From NCBI GenBank assembly GCA_947313885.1, contig CAMZNU010000009.1, positions 396 to 64,395 on the forward strand: a DNA stretch of 64,000 nt, in the 5' to 3' direction. A model generated the notes under the pieces. It was not told where the DNA came from. It saw only the letters and a program-made list of their open reading frames with translations, and ran no database searches. This stretch comes from an uncultured Clostridia bacterium. GTDB taxonomy: Bacteria > Bacillota > Clostridia > Lachnospirales > CAMZNU01. Positions 37,017-49,094 of the stretch are shown here, piece after piece. The translations under genes were made by a program, and so were the position numbers. Position 1 is the stretch's first letter, and every line of letters starts with the position of its first letter.

Positions 37017-37993
37017 GAATAATAGGTTCTGGAAGTTGGGGTTTAGCACTTGGTAAAATGCTAGATGAAAATGGTCACGACGTAATTTTATGGAACAGAA
37101 ATGAAAAATCCGTAAAAGATTTTGAAAAAACAAAAATCCGTGAAAATTATTTAAAAGGTGTTAAGTTTAGCGAAACTATAAAGATGAGTAGTAATAAAGA
37201 AGAGGTAGTAAAAAATAAAGATATTATAATAATGGCAGTTCCATCATCGGCAACAAGAGATGTAATGGAAGAAATTAAAATCTATATAGAAGATAAACAA
37301 CAAATAATTAATGTATCAAAAGGATTTGATGGAAAAACTAAACAATCTTTATATGATGTAATAAAGTCAATAGTTCCTAAAAATGATGTATTTGTATTAT
37401 CAGGACCTAGCCATGCAGAAGAAGTAGCAAAAAAAATGATAACGACAGTAGTTATAGCAGGAGAAGATGAGAATAAATTACAAAATTTGATAGATGTATT
37501 TTCAAATGATTATTTTAGAGTATATAAAACAGTAGACATAGTGGGTGTAGAAATAGGAAGTGCATTAAAAAACATAGTGGCTATAGCAGTTGGATTAATA
37601 GATGGATATGGATTAGGTGATAATGCAATAGCGGGACTCATGACAAGAAGCATGGTAGAAATTATGAATATAGGAAAGCAATTAGGAGCTAATCCAAAAA
37701 CGTTTATAGGGTTATCGGGTTTTGGTGATTTAATAGTAACGTGTAGTAGTAAGCATAGTAGAAATAGACGTTGCGGATATTTATTAGGAAAAGGAATGAA
37801 GTTAGAAGAGATTCAAAAAGAAATAGGCATGGTAATAGAAGGGTTAGATGCTTTGAGTATAGCGAAAAAGATTTCAGACGAAAAAAATATAGAAGTGCCA
37901 ATTATTACAGAGCTTCACAATATAATTTATAATGACGTAGATGTGAAAGAAGCATTAAAAAAATTATTAAGCCGAAGACAAGGTGAAGAATAA
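37001..37993 (+). CDS. gpsA: NAD(P)H-dependent glycerol-3-phosphate dehydrogenase
   Basis: IGIIGSGSWGLAL, SGPSHAEEV, ALKNIVAIAVG. der-plsY-gpsA synteny. Confidence 0.95.
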   Translation: MSKKIGIIGSGSWGLALGKMLDENGHDVILWNRNEKSVKDFEKTKIRENYLKGVKFSETIKMSSNKEEVVKNKDIIIMAVPSSATRDVMEEIKIYIEDKQQIINVSKGFDGKTKQSLYDVIKSIVPKNDVFVLSGPSHAEEVAKKMITTVVIAGEDENKLQNLIDVFSNDYFRVYKTVDIVGVEIGSALKNIVAIAVGLIDGYGLGDNAIAGLMTRSMVEIMNIGKQLGANPKTFIGLSGFGDLIVTCSSKHSRNRRCGYLLGKGMKLEEIQKEIGMVIEGLDALSIAKKISDEKNIEVPIITELHNIIYNDVDVKEALKKLLSRRQGEE

Positions 37994-38033
37994 AAAAAAT
38001 GTATAAATATTTTATAAATTTTTATAAAATATG

Positions 38034-38062
38034 TTGAAATAGAAAAAGAAATGTTGTATACT
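38034..38062 (+). promoter_or_regulatory. promoter for the riboswitch-permease unit (TTGAAA-17 nt-TATACT)
   Basis: Hexamers read directly, about 15 nt upstream of the aptamer. Confidence 0.45.
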
Positions 38063-38075
38063 TTGGATAAGTAAA

Positions 38076-38201
38076 TAAACCCGTATATTCTCATAATTGG
38101 TTGAGAGTTTCTACTAGTCACCGTAAATGACTAACTATGGGGTTATTAATATACGCATTATTTTTGTATATTAAAAACCTCATTTTAAATGGGGTTTTTT
38201 T
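38076..38201 (+). promoter_or_regulatory. purine riboswitch (guanine/hypoxanthine class, C at the specificity position) with intrinsic terminator
   Basis: Aptamer core UAUAUU-CUCA-UAAUUGG-UUGAG-AGUUUCUAC-UAGUCA-CCGUAAA-UGACUA-ACUAUGG parallels the xpt guanine riboswitch (UAUAAU..GAUAUGG..AGUUUCUACC..CCGUAAAU..GACUAUG). Terminator ACCTCAT-ttta-ATGGGGT plus T7 at 38176-38201. Confidence 0.85.
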
Positions 38202-38235
38202 ATTTATTATTATATTTTGTGTATAGGAGGATATT

Positions 38236-39519
38236 ATGTTTTCTTTTAAATTAAAAGAAAAAGGAACAACAGTTAAAACAGAATTGATGGCAGGACTTAC
38301 AACTTTTTTAGCAATATCGTATATTATATTTGTTAATCCAGATATTTTATCACAAACGGGAATGGACAAAGGTGCATTGATAACAGTAACTTGTTTATCA
38401 GCTTTTATAGGAACTATATTAGTTGGATTGTGGACTAATTCACCTTTAGCCATGGCACCAGGTATGGGATTAAATGCATTTTTCACATATACATTAGTTA
38501 TGGGAATGGATGTTACGTGGAACGTGGCACTAGGAGTTGTATTTATATCAGGTATTGCATTTTTAATATTAACGTTAACAGGATTTAGAGAAAAAATAGT
38601 AGAGGCAATACCATTAGAATTAAGACTTGCAATACCGGCAGGGATAGGATTATTTATAGCATTTATAGGAATGCAAAACTTAGGATTGATAGTAGGGAAT
38701 GAAGCTACACTTGTAGGATTAGGAGAAATGACACCGACAGTTTTATTAGGATTGTTAGGATTAATTGTAATTGGGATTTTAGAAGTTAAAAAAGTAAAAG
38801 GTGCAATAATAATAGGTATTATATTTATAACAATGTTAGGAATGGTATTAGGATATGTAGAATTACCAAGTGAAATAGTATCAATGCCACCATCGATTAA
38901 GCCGATAGCATTTAAATTAGATATAATGGGTGCATTAAAAGTAGCTATGATAGGACCGATATTTTCGTTTATGTTTGTTGATTTATTTGATTCAGTTGCT
39001 ACTATAATAGCCTGTGCTAAAGAAGCGGATATGGTTGATGAAGATGGTAAAATAGAAGGTATAAATAAAATATTAACAGCAGATGCAGTAGCTAGTGTTG
39101 CAGGATCTGTATTAGGGACGAGTACGACAACAACAGTATTAGAGGCAGCGACAGGAATAACAGCAGGTGGGAGAACAGGGTTAACAGCAGTAACTACAGC
39201 GAGTTTATTTTTAGTAGCGATGTTTTTCACGCCGATAATATCAATAATACCAGCTTTTGCAATAGCACCAGCTTTAATAATAGTAGGTGTTTATATGTTT
39301 AAAAGTTTAATAGAAATAAAATTAGACAATATAGAAATTGGTATACCAGTATTTTTAACGGTATCGTTGATGCCATTAACATATAGTATAAGTACAGGTA
39401 TAACATTTGGATTTTTATCATTTGGATTAATACAATTAATATTAGGGAAAAGTAAAAATATTAAACCAGCATTATGGTTAATAATAATTTTATCAGCAGT
39501 AGAATTGTTATTAGTTTAA
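38236..39519 (+). CDS. NCS2 family purine permease (hypoxanthine/guanine/adenine, PbuG/AzgA type)
   Basis: N-terminus FKLKEKGTTVKTELMAGLTTFLAISYIIFVNP, polytopic, downstream of a purine riboswitch. Confidence 0.9.
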   Translation: MFSFKLKEKGTTVKTELMAGLTTFLAISYIIFVNPDILSQTGMDKGALITVTCLSAFIGTILVGLWTNSPLAMAPGMGLNAFFTYTLVMGMDVTWNVALGVVFISGIAFLILTLTGFREKIVEAIPLELRLAIPAGIGLFIAFIGMQNLGLIVGNEATLVGLGEMTPTVLLGLLGLIVIGILEVKKVKGAIIIGIIFITMLGMVLGYVELPSEIVSMPPSIKPIAFKLDIMGALKVAMIGPIFSFMFVDLFDSVATIIACAKEADMVDEDGKIEGINKILTADAVASVAGSVLGTSTTTTVLEAATGITAGGRTGLTAVTTASLFLVAMFFTPIISIIPAFAIAPALIIVGVYMFKSLIEIKLDNIEIGIPVFLTVSLMPLTYSISTGITFGFLSFGLIQLILGKSKNIKPALWLIIILSAVELLLV

Positions 39520-39532
39520 AAATTATAAGTTA

Positions 39533-39568
39533 AAAAAGCGTAGCTACTTTGTAGCTACGCTTTTTTTT
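39533..39568 (+). terminator. rho-independent terminator
   Basis: AGCGTAGCTAC-tttg-TAGCTACGCT followed by T8. Confidence 0.8.
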
Positions 39569-39716
39569 GTAAAAGAAAAGAGTGAAAAAAAGCATTAAAA
39601 ATAAAATGTTAAAAAATGTATAAATTTTGTATTAAAAAAGGGAGAACTATTAAAATAAGTGTGATAAAATAAGAAAAGAAAAGAAAAGAAAAATGTATAA
39701 AAATATAATTATAAGA

Positions 39717-39745
39717 TTGACAATAAAAAAATAAAATGTTATATT
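39717..39745 (+). promoter_or_regulatory. rpoB promoter candidate (TTGACA-17 nt-TATATT with TGn extension)
   Basis: Hexamers read directly. Leaves a leader of about 170 nt before rpoB. Confidence 0.5.
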
Positions 39746-39918
39746 ATTATAATGCAATAAATTTATAATTATGCTTAAAAAGAGGTAGAATATTGCTTGA
39801 TTTATATAAAAAAAATTATTAATTAGCTAAAAATGGTCAGAATATCCATGACTATTATAGACTTATTTTTAGAGAAGAGTTTTTAATTTAACGAGTTACT
39901 TAATAAGGGAGTGTTAAA

Positions 39919-42900
39919 ATGGAGAAAAATAACATGAAGTTGAAAAAACTAGGACCAGCAACGCGTGTAAGTTATTCTAAAATAGAAGATGTTTTAGAAA
40001 TGCCAAACCTAATCGAAATCCAAAAGAAAAGTTATAAATGGTTTTTAGAAGAAGGTTTAAAGGAAGTATTTAAAGATGTTTCTCCTATAACAGATTTTAA
40101 TGGAAATTTAACGTTAGAATTTTTAGACTTTACATTAAATGAAGAAGAAAAGCCTAAGTATTCAATAGAAGAATGTAAAATACGTGACGCAACATATGCG
40201 GCGCCATTACGTGTAAACACAAGGCTTCATAATGAAACAACAGGAGAGAAAAAAGAACAAAAAATATTTATGGGCGATTTTCCAATAATGACGGATACGG
40301 GAACGTTTATAATAAACGGTGCGGAAAGGGTAATAGTAAGTCAACTAGTTAGATCTCCAAGTATTTATTACGCAATGGCAAGAGATAAGCATGGTAAAAA
40401 ATTAATAACAACGACAGTAATACCTAATAGAGGTTCATGGATAGAATATGAAACAGACTCAAATAACATTTTTCACGTACGAGTAGATAGAACGAGAAAG
40501 TTACCAGTTACGGCATTTATACGAGCGTTGGGAATAGGCACTAATGAAGAGATACTTGATTTATTTGGAGAAGATCCAAAAATTTTAGCGACATTAGATA
40601 AAGATATAAGTACAAGTTACGAAGAAGGACTTCTTGAAGTATATAAAAAACTAAGACCAGGTGAACCAGCAAATGTAGAAAATGCTGAAAGTTTGTTAAT
40701 TAACATGTTTTACGACCCAAAAAGATACGATCTTGCAAAAGTTGGAAGATATAAATTCAATAAAAAATTATCATTTGCAAATCGTATTGTTGATAGAACA
40801 TTACATGAAGCAGTAATAGATCATTTTACAGGTGAGATAATAGCAGAGGCAGGTGAAATTGTAACAAGAGACCTTGCAGAGCAAATACAAAATGCAGGAA
40901 TACCATCGGTACAAATCCACACAGAAGAATACCCTGTAAAAGTATTAAGTAACTTAAGTGTAGACCCTAAAGTATATTTAGATAATATTGGTATTAATTT
41001 AAAAGATTTTGGGATAACAGGTAAAGTGTATTTTCCAGTATTAATGGAAATATTAGAAACTTATGAAAATGAAGAAGAGTTAAAAGAATTAATAAATAAT
41101 AATTACTCTAGGTTGTCACCAAAAAGCATAACACTAGAGGATATTTTAAGTTCAATAAATTATGTTATAAATTTAGAATACGAGATAGGGAACATAGATG
41201 ATATAGATCATTTAGGTAACAGAAGAATAAGAACAGTTGGAGAGTTATTACAAAACCAATTTAGAATAGGATTTTCAAGATTAGAAAGAGTGGTAAAAGA
41301 ACGTATGGGTACACAAGATACGTCAGTTATCACACCACAAGCATTAATAAATATAAGACCAGTAACAGCATCGATTAAAGAATTTTTTGGAAGTTCACAG
41401 TTATCACAATTTATGGATCAGACGAATCCGCTAGGTGAACTTACACATAAAAGACGTTTATCAGCATTAGGACCAGGAGGATTATCAAGAGATAGAGCAG
41501 GGTTTGAAGTACGTGATGTTCATAGTTCACATTATGGAAGAATGTGCCCAATAGAAACACCAGAAGGACCAAACATAGGATTAATAAATTCATTAGCAAC
41601 ATATGCAAGTATAAATGAATATGGTTTTATAATATCACCATATCGAAAAATCAAACTTATAGATGGAGTAGCAACAGTTACAGATGAGATAGAATATATA
41701 ACAGCGGATGAAGAGGAAAATCTCATAGTTACACAGGCAAATGAGCCGTTAACAGAAGACGGTAGATTTATAAATGATAAAATAATATGTAGAAAAAAAG
41801 ACACATTCGTTTTAGTGGATTCATCAAAAATAGATTTAATGGACGTATCTACAAAACAAATGGTGTCAGTGGCGACAGCATTAATACCGTTTATAGAAAA
41901 CGATGACGTTACTAGAGCTTTAATGGGTTCAAACATGCAACGTCAAGCAGTGCCACTATTAAGAACAGATTCACCGATAGTAGGAACTGGAATGGAATAT
42001 ACTATAGCAAAAGATACAGGAGTAACAGTAATAGCAAAAGAAGATGGTGTTGTATGTAAATCAACAGCAAGAGAAATTGTTATACAAGGAGAAAATGGGG
42101 CAAAAACACATTATAAATTAATTAAGTTTACAAGGAGTAACCAAGGAACTTGTATAAACCAAACATCAATAGTAAGTGTTGGGGATGAAGTAAAAAAAGG
42201 CGACATAATAGCAGATGGACCATCGACGGATAAAGGTGAATTGGCATTAGGTAAAAATCCATTAATAGCATTTATGACATGGGAAGGATATAACTATGAA
42301 GATGCGATTTTACTAAGTGAAAAATTAGTAGAAGATGATGTATATACATCAGTTCATATAGAAGAATACGAAACAGATTCAAGAGATACAAAACTAGGAC
42401 CAGAAGAAATAACAAGAGACATTCCAAATATAGGAGATGCACCATTAACGAATTTAGATATAAGAGGGATAATATCAATAGGTTCAGAAGTTAAGCCTAA
42501 TGATATATTAGTGGGTAAAGTAACACCAAAAGGCGAGACGGAGCTTACGGCCGAAGAAAGATTATTAAGAGCAATATTTGGGGAAAAAGCAAGGGAAGTA
42601 AGAGATACGTCATTAAGAGCACCACATGGGGCTAGTGGAGTAGTAGTAGATGTTAAAGTGTTTAATAAAGAACAAAGTGATGAATTAGCACCAGGAGTAA
42701 ATGAAAAAGTTTGTGTTTATATAGCGCAAAAAAGAAAAATTTCAGTAGGGGATAAAATGGCAGGACGTCATGGTAATAAAGGTGTTATATCAAGAATATT
42801 ACCAGCCGAGGATATGCCATTTTTACCAAATGGAAGAGCTGTAGATATAGTACTAAATCCATTAGGAGTACCTTCACGTATGAATATTGGTCAAGTACTA

Positions 42901-43788
42901 GAAGTGCATTTAGGATTAGCGGCAAAAGCATTAAATTGGAAAGTAAGCACCCCAGTGTTTTCAGGAGCAGTAGAGGGTGACATAAGTAATACATTAAATT
43001 TAGCAGATGAATTTGTAAATCTTGATTGGGAAGAATTTTCAGATAAATGGAAAGATATTTTAGATCCAAATATATTTGCACAATTAGAAAGAGATAAAGA
43101 TCATAGAGAAGAATGGAGAGGTGTATCATTAAATAGTGATGGTAAAATACATTTAAGAGATGGAAGATCGGGAGAGTTGTTTGATAATCCAGTAACTGTA
43201 GGATATATGCACTATTTAAAACTACATCATTTAGTAGATGATAAAATGCATGCACGTTCAACAGGACCATACTCTCTAGTAACGCAACAACCGCTAGGAG
43301 GAAAAGCACAGTTTGGAGGTCAAAGATTTGGAGAAATGGAAGTGTGGGCATTAGAGGCATATGGTGCGGCATATACATTACAAGAAATTTTAACAGTTAA
43401 ATCGGATGATGTTATAGGACGTGTAAAAACTTATGAAGCAATAGTAAAAGGTGAGAACATACCTAAACCAGGCATACCAGAGTCATTCAAAGTTTTAAGA
43501 AAAGAGTTACAAGCATTAAGTTTAGACGTTAGATTATTAAATGAATTTAACAATGAAATAGAATTAGGTGAACCAGATGATGCGTCAGGAGAAGTAACAT
43601 CATTAATAAATACAGGTGATGACATTACTACGTCGTTTATTAGAAAAGAAGAAGATGAAGTACTAGAAAAGGACATGGTATTAGAAGAAAATATGAGTAT
43701 AGGAAATGAAGAGGCAAATGACATGCCAGAAGATATAGACATAGATATAAATATAGATATAAAAGATGATAGTATAGAATTAGACTAA
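39919..43788 (+). CDS. rpoB: DNA-directed RNA polymerase subunit beta
   Basis: Full-length RpoB with conserved blocks ([61 protein letters not shown]) and an acidic C-terminal tail. Confidence 0.98.
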   Translation: MEKNNMKLKKLGPATRVSYSKIEDVLEMPNLIEIQKKSYKWFLEEGLKEVFKDVSPITDFNGNLTLEFLDFTLNEEEKPKYSIEECKIRDATYAAPLRVNTRLHNETTGEKKEQKIFMGDFPIMTDTGTFIINGAERVIVSQLVRSPSIYYAMARDKHGKKLITTTVIPNRGSWIEYETDSNNIFHVRVDRTRKLPVTAFIRALGIGTNEEILDLFGEDPKILATLDKDISTSYEEGLLEVYKKLRPGEPANVENAESLLINMFYDPKRYDLAKVGRYKFNKKLSFANRIVDRTLHEAVIDHFTGEIIAEAGEIVTRDLAEQIQNAGIPSVQIHTEEYPVKVLSNLSVDPKVYLDNIGINLKDFGITGKVYFPVLMEILETYENEEELKELINNNYSRLSPKSITLEDILSSINYVINLEYEIGNIDDIDHLGNRRIRTVGELLQNQFRIGFSRLERVVKERMGTQDTSVITPQALINIRPVTASIKEFFGSSQLSQFMDQTNPLGELTHKRRLSALGPGGLSRDRAGFEVRDVHSSHYGRMCPIETPEGPNIGLINSLATYASINEYGFIISPYRKIKLIDGVATVTDEIEYITADEEENLIVTQANEPLTEDGRFINDKIICRKKDTFVLVDSSKIDLMDVSTKQMVSVATALIPFIENDDVTRALMGSNMQRQAVPLLRTDSPIVGTGMEYTIAKDTGVTVIAKEDGVVCKSTAREIVIQGENGAKTHYKLIKFTRSNQGTCINQTSIVSVGDEVKKGDIIADGPSTDKGELALGKNPLIAFMTWEGYNYEDAILLSEKLVEDDVYTSVHIEEYETDSRDTKLGPEEITRDIPNIGDAPLTNLDIRGIISIGSEVKPNDILVGKVTPKGETELTAEERLLRAIFGEKAREVRDTSLRAPHGASGVVVDVKVFNKEQSDELAPGVNEKVCVYIAQKRKISVGDKMAGRHGNKGVISRILPAEDMPFLPNGRAVDIVLNPLGVPSRMNIGQVLEVHLGLAAKALNWKVSTPVFSGAVEGDISNTLNLADEFVNLDWEEFSDKWKDILDPNIFAQLERDKDHREEWRGVSLNSDGKIHLRDGRSGELFDNPVTVGYMHYLKLHHLVDDKMHARSTGPYSLVTQQPLGGKAQFGGQRFGEMEVWALEAYGAAYTLQEILTVKSDDVIGRVKTYEAIVKGENIPKPGIPESFKVLRKELQALSLDVRLLNEFNNEIELGEPDDASGEVTSLINTGDDITTSFIRKEEDEVLEKDMVLEENMSIGNEEANDMPEDIDIDINIDIKDDSIELD

Positions 43789-43799
43789 GGGAGGCAAAT

Positions 43800-46700
43800 A
43801 TGTCAGATGAAATAGAAAAGGCACTAGTTTTTGACTCTATAAAAATAGGATTAGCATCACCAGAACAAATAAGAAGTTGGTCAAAAGGAGAAGTTAAAAA
43901 ACCAGAAACTATAAACTATAGAACGTTAAAGCCAGAGTTTGGTGGTTTGTTTTGTGAAAGAATATTTGGACCTAGTAAAGATGGTGAATGTAGTTGTGGT
44001 AAATATAAAAGAATTAGATATAAAGGTGTAATATGTGATAGATGTGGAGTTGAAGTTAACAAAGCAAAAGTAAGACGTGAAAGAATGGGGCATATAGAAT
44101 TAGCAGCACCAGTATCACATATTTGGTATTTTAGAGGAATACCGAGTAGAATGGGATTAATTTTAGGATTATCACCAAAAGAGTTAGAACAAGTTTTATA
44201 TTTTGCGAGTTATATCGTATTGAAGCCAGGAAATCAAAAAGAGACAGGATTATTATATAAGCAAATATTAAATGAGCAACAATATAGAGATGCATATGAA
44301 AAGCACGGTAAATCTTTTACAGTTGGAATGGGTGCGGAAGCAGTAAATGAATTATTATCAAATATAGATTTAGAAAAAGAATCTATAAGAATAAAAAGAG
44401 AATTGGCAGGTGTAGAAGCTACAGAAGATGTATCAAAAATAAAAGCAGCTACAGGACAAAAGAAAACAAAGCTAATAAAACAATTAGAAGTAATAGAATC
44501 ATTTAAATCATCAGGAAATAAACCAGAATGGATGATCCTTAAAAATTTACCAGTAATGCCACCAGATTTAAGACCGATGGTGCAGTTAGATGGTGGAAGA
44601 TTTGCGACATCAGATCTTAATGATTTGTATAGAAGAGTAATAAATAGAAATAATCGCCTTGTAAAATTATTATCATTAGGAGCACCAGACATAATAGTAC
44701 GAAATGAAAAGAGAATGTTACAAGAAGCGGTAGATTCACTAATAGATAATGGAAGAAGAAGTAGACCAGTTACAGGACCAGGAAACAGACAATTAAAATC
44801 ATTATCAGAATTATTAAAAGGTAAGCAAGGTAGATTTAGACAAAACTTACTTGGCAAACGTGTAGATTATTCAGGACGTTCAGTAATAGTAGTAGGACCA
44901 GAGCTTAAATTACATCAATGTGGATTACCGAAAGAAATGGCATTAGAATTATTCAAACCATTTGTTATGAAAGAGTTGGTAGGAAGAGGTATATCACATA
45001 ATATTAAATCAGCTAAAAAAATGATAGAAAATCTAGACGAAGGTGTATGGGACGTATTGGAAGAAGTAATAAAAGAGCATCCGGTGATGTTAAACAGAGC
45101 TCCTACATTGCATAGACTTAGTATACAAGCCTTTGAACCATTGTTAATAGAAGGTAAATCTATAAAATTACATCCATTAGTATGTTCAGCATACAATGCG
45201 GATTTTGATGGTGATCAAATGGCGGTACATGTTCCATTATCAGTAGAAGCACAAGCAGAATGTAGGTTCTTATTGTTAGCGCCAAACAACTTATTAAAAC
45301 CTTCAGATGGTGAGCCAGTAGCAGTACCATCACAAGATATGGTTTTAGGTATATATTACCTAACTATTCAAAAAGAAGGGGAGAAAGGTGAAAACAAAAC
45401 ATTCTGTAATGAAAATGAGGCTATTTTAGCCTATGAAAATGATGTAATATCATTACATTCTAAAATAAAGGTTAGAAGAACATTAGAATTTAACGGGAAA
45501 AAAGAAACAAAAATAATAACTACGACAGTAGGTAGAATTATATTTAACGAGGCGATACCACAAGATTTAGGATTTATAGATAGAACGATAGAAGAAAATA
45601 AATTTAGATATGAAATAGGTTTTTTATGTGATAAAAAATTGTTAGGAAGTATAATAAGTAAATGTATAAATAAATTTGGATCAAAAGATACATCATATAT
45701 GTTAGATGAAATAAAAAGACTTGGATTTAAATTTGCTACAAAAGGAGCATTTACAGTTGCGGTATCGGATATGGACATACCAGGTGTAAAATACAAATTG
45801 TTACAAGAAGCGGAAATTGACGTTGAGAAGACAGGCAAAGCGTACAGACGTGGATTATTAACAGAGGAAGAGAGATATATAAAAGTAATAAAAACTTGGA
45901 ATGAAGTTACAGATAAAATAACAGCAGAGTTAGTTAAAGGGTTAGGACAATATAATAATATTTATATGATGGCGGATTCAGGAGCACGTGGTACTATAAA
46001 TCAAATTAAGCAATTATCAGGGATGCGTGGACTTATGAATACACCAACAGGAGAAATTATAGAATTACCAATAAAGAGTAATTTCCGTGAAGGTCTTACA
46101 GTTATTGATTACTTTATATCAGCATCAGGTGCGAGAAAAGGTTTAGCAGATACAGCATTACGTACAGCGGATTCTGGTTATTTAACAAGAAGATTGGTAG
46201 ATATAGCACAAGATATAACGATAAGAGAAACAGACTGTATAAGTGATGGTGAAGAAGTTCCAGGAATGGTAGTAAGTGCATTTATGGATGGTGATGAAAA
46301 ATTAGAGCCGTTAGAAGATAGGCTAAGAGGGCGATGGTCAGTAGAGGACATAATACATCCAAAAACAAAAGAAGTATTAGTAAAAGCAGACACATTGATA
46401 TCGCCTAGTCAAGCAATAGCGGTAGAAGAAAGTGGAATTAGAGATGTTAAAATAAGAACAATATTAACGTGTAAATCTAAGACAGGATTGTGTTCAAAAT
46501 GTTACGGTGTAAATATGGCATCAGGCAGAACGGTAGGTATGGGAGAAGCTGTAGGAATAATAGCAGCACAATCTATAGGTGAGCCAGGAACACAGCTTAC
46601 GATGCGAACGTTCCATACAGGAGGTATAGTTTCAAATAGAGATATAACACAAGGGTTACCACGTATAGAGGAAATATTTGAAGCTAGAAAACCAAAAGGT

Positions 46701-47444
46701 GTGGCAATAGTAGCAGAGGAGTCAGGAATAATACAGGTAGTAAACACAGGTAAAAAGAAAGAAGTAGTAATTAAAAATAATGAATCTGATAATATAGAAA
46801 CATATCTAATACCATACGGTTCACGTTTAATAGTAGAGGACGGCGAATCTATAGAGGCTGGAGAGTGTATAACAGAAGGTAGTATATACCCACAAGATAT
46901 TTTAAGAATCAAAGGTAGTGATGGAGTACAATTCTATATGTTAAGGGAAGTACAAAGGGTTTATAGATTGCAAGGTGTTGATATAAATGATAAGCATGTT
47001 GAGGTAATCGTTAGACAAATGTTACGACGTATAAGAGTTGAAGATAATGGGGATACTATGTTCTTACAAGGTTCATTAGTAGATTGGTTAGATTTTGAGG
47101 AAGGAAATAGAGAAGTAGTAAAAAATGGTGGAGAACCAGCAAAAGGTGAAAGAGTGCTATTAGGAATTACAAAAGCGTCACTTACGACAGATTCATTTTT
47201 ATCAGCGGCATCATTCCAAGAAACTACAAGAGTGTTAACGGAGGCGGCAACAAAAGGTAAAGTTGACAAACTAATAGGATTAAAAGAAAATGTTATTATA
47301 GGTAAATTAATACCAGCAGGAACGGGTATGGATGCTTATAAAAAAATAAATGTTGAAGTTAAAGATGAGTTTAAAAAAGTTAAAGAAGTAGAAATAATAG
47401 AAGATGGAACAGAAATAGAACCAGAAAAAATAATAAAAGCATAA
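43800..47444 (+). CDS. rpoC: DNA-directed RNA polymerase subunit beta'
   Basis: Zn-finger [23 protein letters not shown], catalytic [12 protein letters not shown], trigger-loop and bridge-helix blocks. Confidence 0.98.
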   Translation: MSDEIEKALVFDSIKIGLASPEQIRSWSKGEVKKPETINYRTLKPEFGGLFCERIFGPSKDGECSCGKYKRIRYKGVICDRCGVEVNKAKVRRERMGHIELAAPVSHIWYFRGIPSRMGLILGLSPKELEQVLYFASYIVLKPGNQKETGLLYKQILNEQQYRDAYEKHGKSFTVGMGAEAVNELLSNIDLEKESIRIKRELAGVEATEDVSKIKAATGQKKTKLIKQLEVIESFKSSGNKPEWMILKNLPVMPPDLRPMVQLDGGRFATSDLNDLYRRVINRNNRLVKLLSLGAPDIIVRNEKRMLQEAVDSLIDNGRRSRPVTGPGNRQLKSLSELLKGKQGRFRQNLLGKRVDYSGRSVIVVGPELKLHQCGLPKEMALELFKPFVMKELVGRGISHNIKSAKKMIENLDEGVWDVLEEVIKEHPVMLNRAPTLHRLSIQAFEPLLIEGKSIKLHPLVCSAYNADFDGDQMAVHVPLSVEAQAECRFLLLAPNNLLKPSDGEPVAVPSQDMVLGIYYLTIQKEGEKGENKTFCNENEAILAYENDVISLHSKIKVRRTLEFNGKKETKIITTTVGRIIFNEAIPQDLGFIDRTIEENKFRYEIGFLCDKKLLGSIISKCINKFGSKDTSYMLDEIKRLGFKFATKGAFTVAVSDMDIPGVKYKLLQEAEIDVEKTGKAYRRGLLTEEERYIKVIKTWNEVTDKITAELVKGLGQYNNIYMMADSGARGTINQIKQLSGMRGLMNTPTGEIIELPIKSNFREGLTVIDYFISASGARKGLADTALRTADSGYLTRRLVDIAQDITIRETDCISDGEEVPGMVVSAFMDGDEKLEPLEDRLRGRWSVEDIIHPKTKEVLVKADTLISPSQAIAVEESGIRDVKIRTILTCKSKTGLCSKCYGVNMASGRTVGMGEAVGIIAAQSIGEPGTQLTMRTFHTGGIVSNRDITQGLPRIEEIFEARKPKGVAIVAEESGIIQVVNTGKKKEVVIKNNESDNIETYLIPYGSRLIVEDGESIEAGECITEGSIYPQDILRIKGSDGVQFYMLREVQRVYRLQGVDINDKHVEVIVRQMLRRIRVEDNGDTMFLQGSLVDWLDFEEGNREVVKNGGEPAKGERVLLGITKASLTTDSFLSAASFQETTRVLTEAATKGKVDKLIGLKENVIIGKLIPAGTGMDAYKKINVEVKDEFKKVKEVEIIEDGTEIEPEKIIKA

Positions 47445-47485
47445 AAATAGTAAAAGCATAAAAATAATAAAAGCATAAAAATAAT
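47435..47485 (+). repeat. 3 x 17-bp tandem repeat AAAAGCATAAAAATA(G/A)T spanning the rpoC stop codon
   Basis: Units at 47435-47451, 47452-47468 and 47469-47485. The first contains the last codons and the TAA of rpoC. Confidence 0.8.
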
Positions 47486-47492
47486 AAGGAAT

Positions 47493-47527
47493 AAAAAAAG
47501 AGATTACATTATGTAATCTCTTTTTTT
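47493..47527. terminator. bidirectional terminator (rpoC / abgT convergent)
   Basis: GAGATTACAT-t-ATGTAATCTC palindrome flanked by A7 and T7. Confidence 0.8.
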
Positions 47528-47552
47528 ATTCCATTTAGTTAGTTTAAAATTT

Positions 47553-49094
47553 TTAATAAGATAAAGGTATTCCAGGACCAATCGGAAGACCAATTGTGAA
47601 CCAGATAACAAGTAATATACTCCAACCTATCATAAATAACATTGAGTATGGAAGCATTAAAGATATAATAGTTCCGACTCCTGATTTCTTATCGTACTTT
47701 TGGAAGAAGACAACGATAAGAGCAAAGTATGACATAAGAGGTGAAATAATATTAGTTGTTGAATCACCTATTCTGTAAGCTAATTGACTAACTTCTGGTG
47801 AATAACCAAGTTGCATAAACATTGGTATAAATACAGGAGCCATAATAGCCCATTTAGCACTAGCAGAACCCATAAATAAATTGATAAACCCAGAAATTAT
47901 TATAAATGCAATTAATAAAGGAATACCAGTAAAGTTAATAGATTCTAAGAAATTAGCACCACCAACGGCAACGATAGTACCGATATTAGTGTAATTAAAA
48001 TATGCAATAAATTGAGCAGCGGCAAATACTAATACTAAATATCCACCCATACTAGCCATAGAATCCGACATAAATTTAACTACATCTTTATCATTTTTAA
48101 TTGTTTTAGCTCCAATACCAAATGCAAGACCAGAAAAGAAGAAAAATAAAGCTATAACAAGAACGATACCACTCATAAATGCAGAACCGCTAAGTAAAGA
48201 TCCTGTTTCTTGATTACGTAAAATTGCATTTTGTGGAACTGTAAGATAAAGCATTACTCCAATGAATATAGCAGTTGCTATATTAGAATATAAAAGCCCA
48301 CGTTTTTCGTCTTCTGTAATATCGTGAGTAGTACCTACTTCATCACCTTCATAAGGACCAAGTTTAGGAATAACAATTTTTTCAGTTACGAACCATCCAA
48401 TGAAAGTAATTACAAAAGTTGAAGCTACCATGAAGTAGTAGTTAGCAATTGCAGATACTTCATACGACGGATCAATAATTCTAGCGGCTTCTGTTGATAT
48501 ACCACCTAAAAGAGGATCTAAAGTACCGACTAAAAGGTTAGCACTAAACCCACCAGAAACACCAGCGAAGGCCGCCGCCATACCAGCAAGAGGGTGTTTT
48601 CCAAAACTTAAGAAAACAACAGCACCAAGAGGTATAAGAACAACGTATCCAGCATCAGATGCAACGTTTGACATAATACCGGCAAAAACAACAACAATTG
48701 TAATAAGTGGTGCAGGTGTTACAGAAACCACTTTTTTAAGTGCCGTTGATATTAATCCAGAACTGTCAGCAACTCCAACTCCAAGTAATGCAACAAGTAC
48801 AGTACCAAGAGGAGCGAATCCAGTAAAGTTTTTGATGGCACTTGAGAAAATATATCTAAGTCCATCAGGTGTTAACATTGAAACGGCATGTTTAGTAGTT
48901 TCACCGATTTCAAAAGTTTTTCGGTCAATTGCTTGATATGTAACAGATACGTCGAAATGTGCCATAATAGCAGATATAACCATAATTACTCCGGATAATG
49001 CAAGAAAAATTGTTGCCGGGTGTGGTAATTTATTACCATTTTTCTCTACAAAATCTAGAAATTTAGTAAAAAAACTTTTCTTTTGTTGTACCAT
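47553..49094 (-). CDS. AbgT family transporter (p-aminobenzoyl-glutamate/antimetabolite transporter family)
   Basis: N-terminus FLDFVEKNGNKLPHPATIF and a polytopic body typical of AbgT/MtrF. Confidence 0.85.
   Translation of the reverse strand: MVQQKKSFFTKFLDFVEKNGNKLPHPATIFLALSGVIMVISAIMAHFDVSVTYQAIDRKTFEIGETTKHAVSMLTPDGLRYIFSSAIKNFTGFAPLGTVLVALLGVGVADSSGLISTALKKVVSVTPAPLITIVVVFAGIMSNVASDAGYVVLIPLGAVVFLSFGKHPLAGMAAAFAGVSGGFSANLLVGTLDPLLGGISTEAARIIDPSYEVSAIANYYFMVASTFVITFIGWFVTEKIVIPKLGPYEGDEVGTTHDITEDEKRGLLYSNIATAIFIGVMLYLTVPQNAILRNQETGSLLSGSAFMSGIVLVIALFFFFSGLAFGIGAKTIKNDKDVVKFMSDSMASMGGYLVLVFAAAQFIAYFNYTNIGTIVAVGGANFLESINFTGIPLLIAFIIISGFINLFMGSASAKWAIMAPVFIPMFMQLGYSPEVSQLAYRIGDSTTNIISPLMSYFALIVVFFQKYDKKSGVGTIISLMLPYSMLFMIGWSILLVIWFTIGLPIGPGIPLSY

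Noticed and set aside
38118-39230. 370-aa minus-strand ORF covering most of the permease locus
   Set aside because: It is antisense to a well-supported NCS2 permease that has an SD and an upstream purine riboswitch. Its translation is low-complexity (N/I/P/T/S-rich), as expected for the reverse frame of an AT-rich membrane-protein gene, and it has no SD.
39671-39692. (AAGAA)n microsatellite upstream of the rpoB promoter
   Set aside because: It is a short purine run in a very AT-rich intergenic region, upstream of the -35, with no partner repeat or structure.
43561-43788. Acidic C-terminal extension of RpoB (..[26 protein letters not shown]), making it 1289 aa
   Set aside because: Firmicute RpoB proteins, including that of B. 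subtilis, commonly end in variable acidic tails. This is not evidence of anything new.
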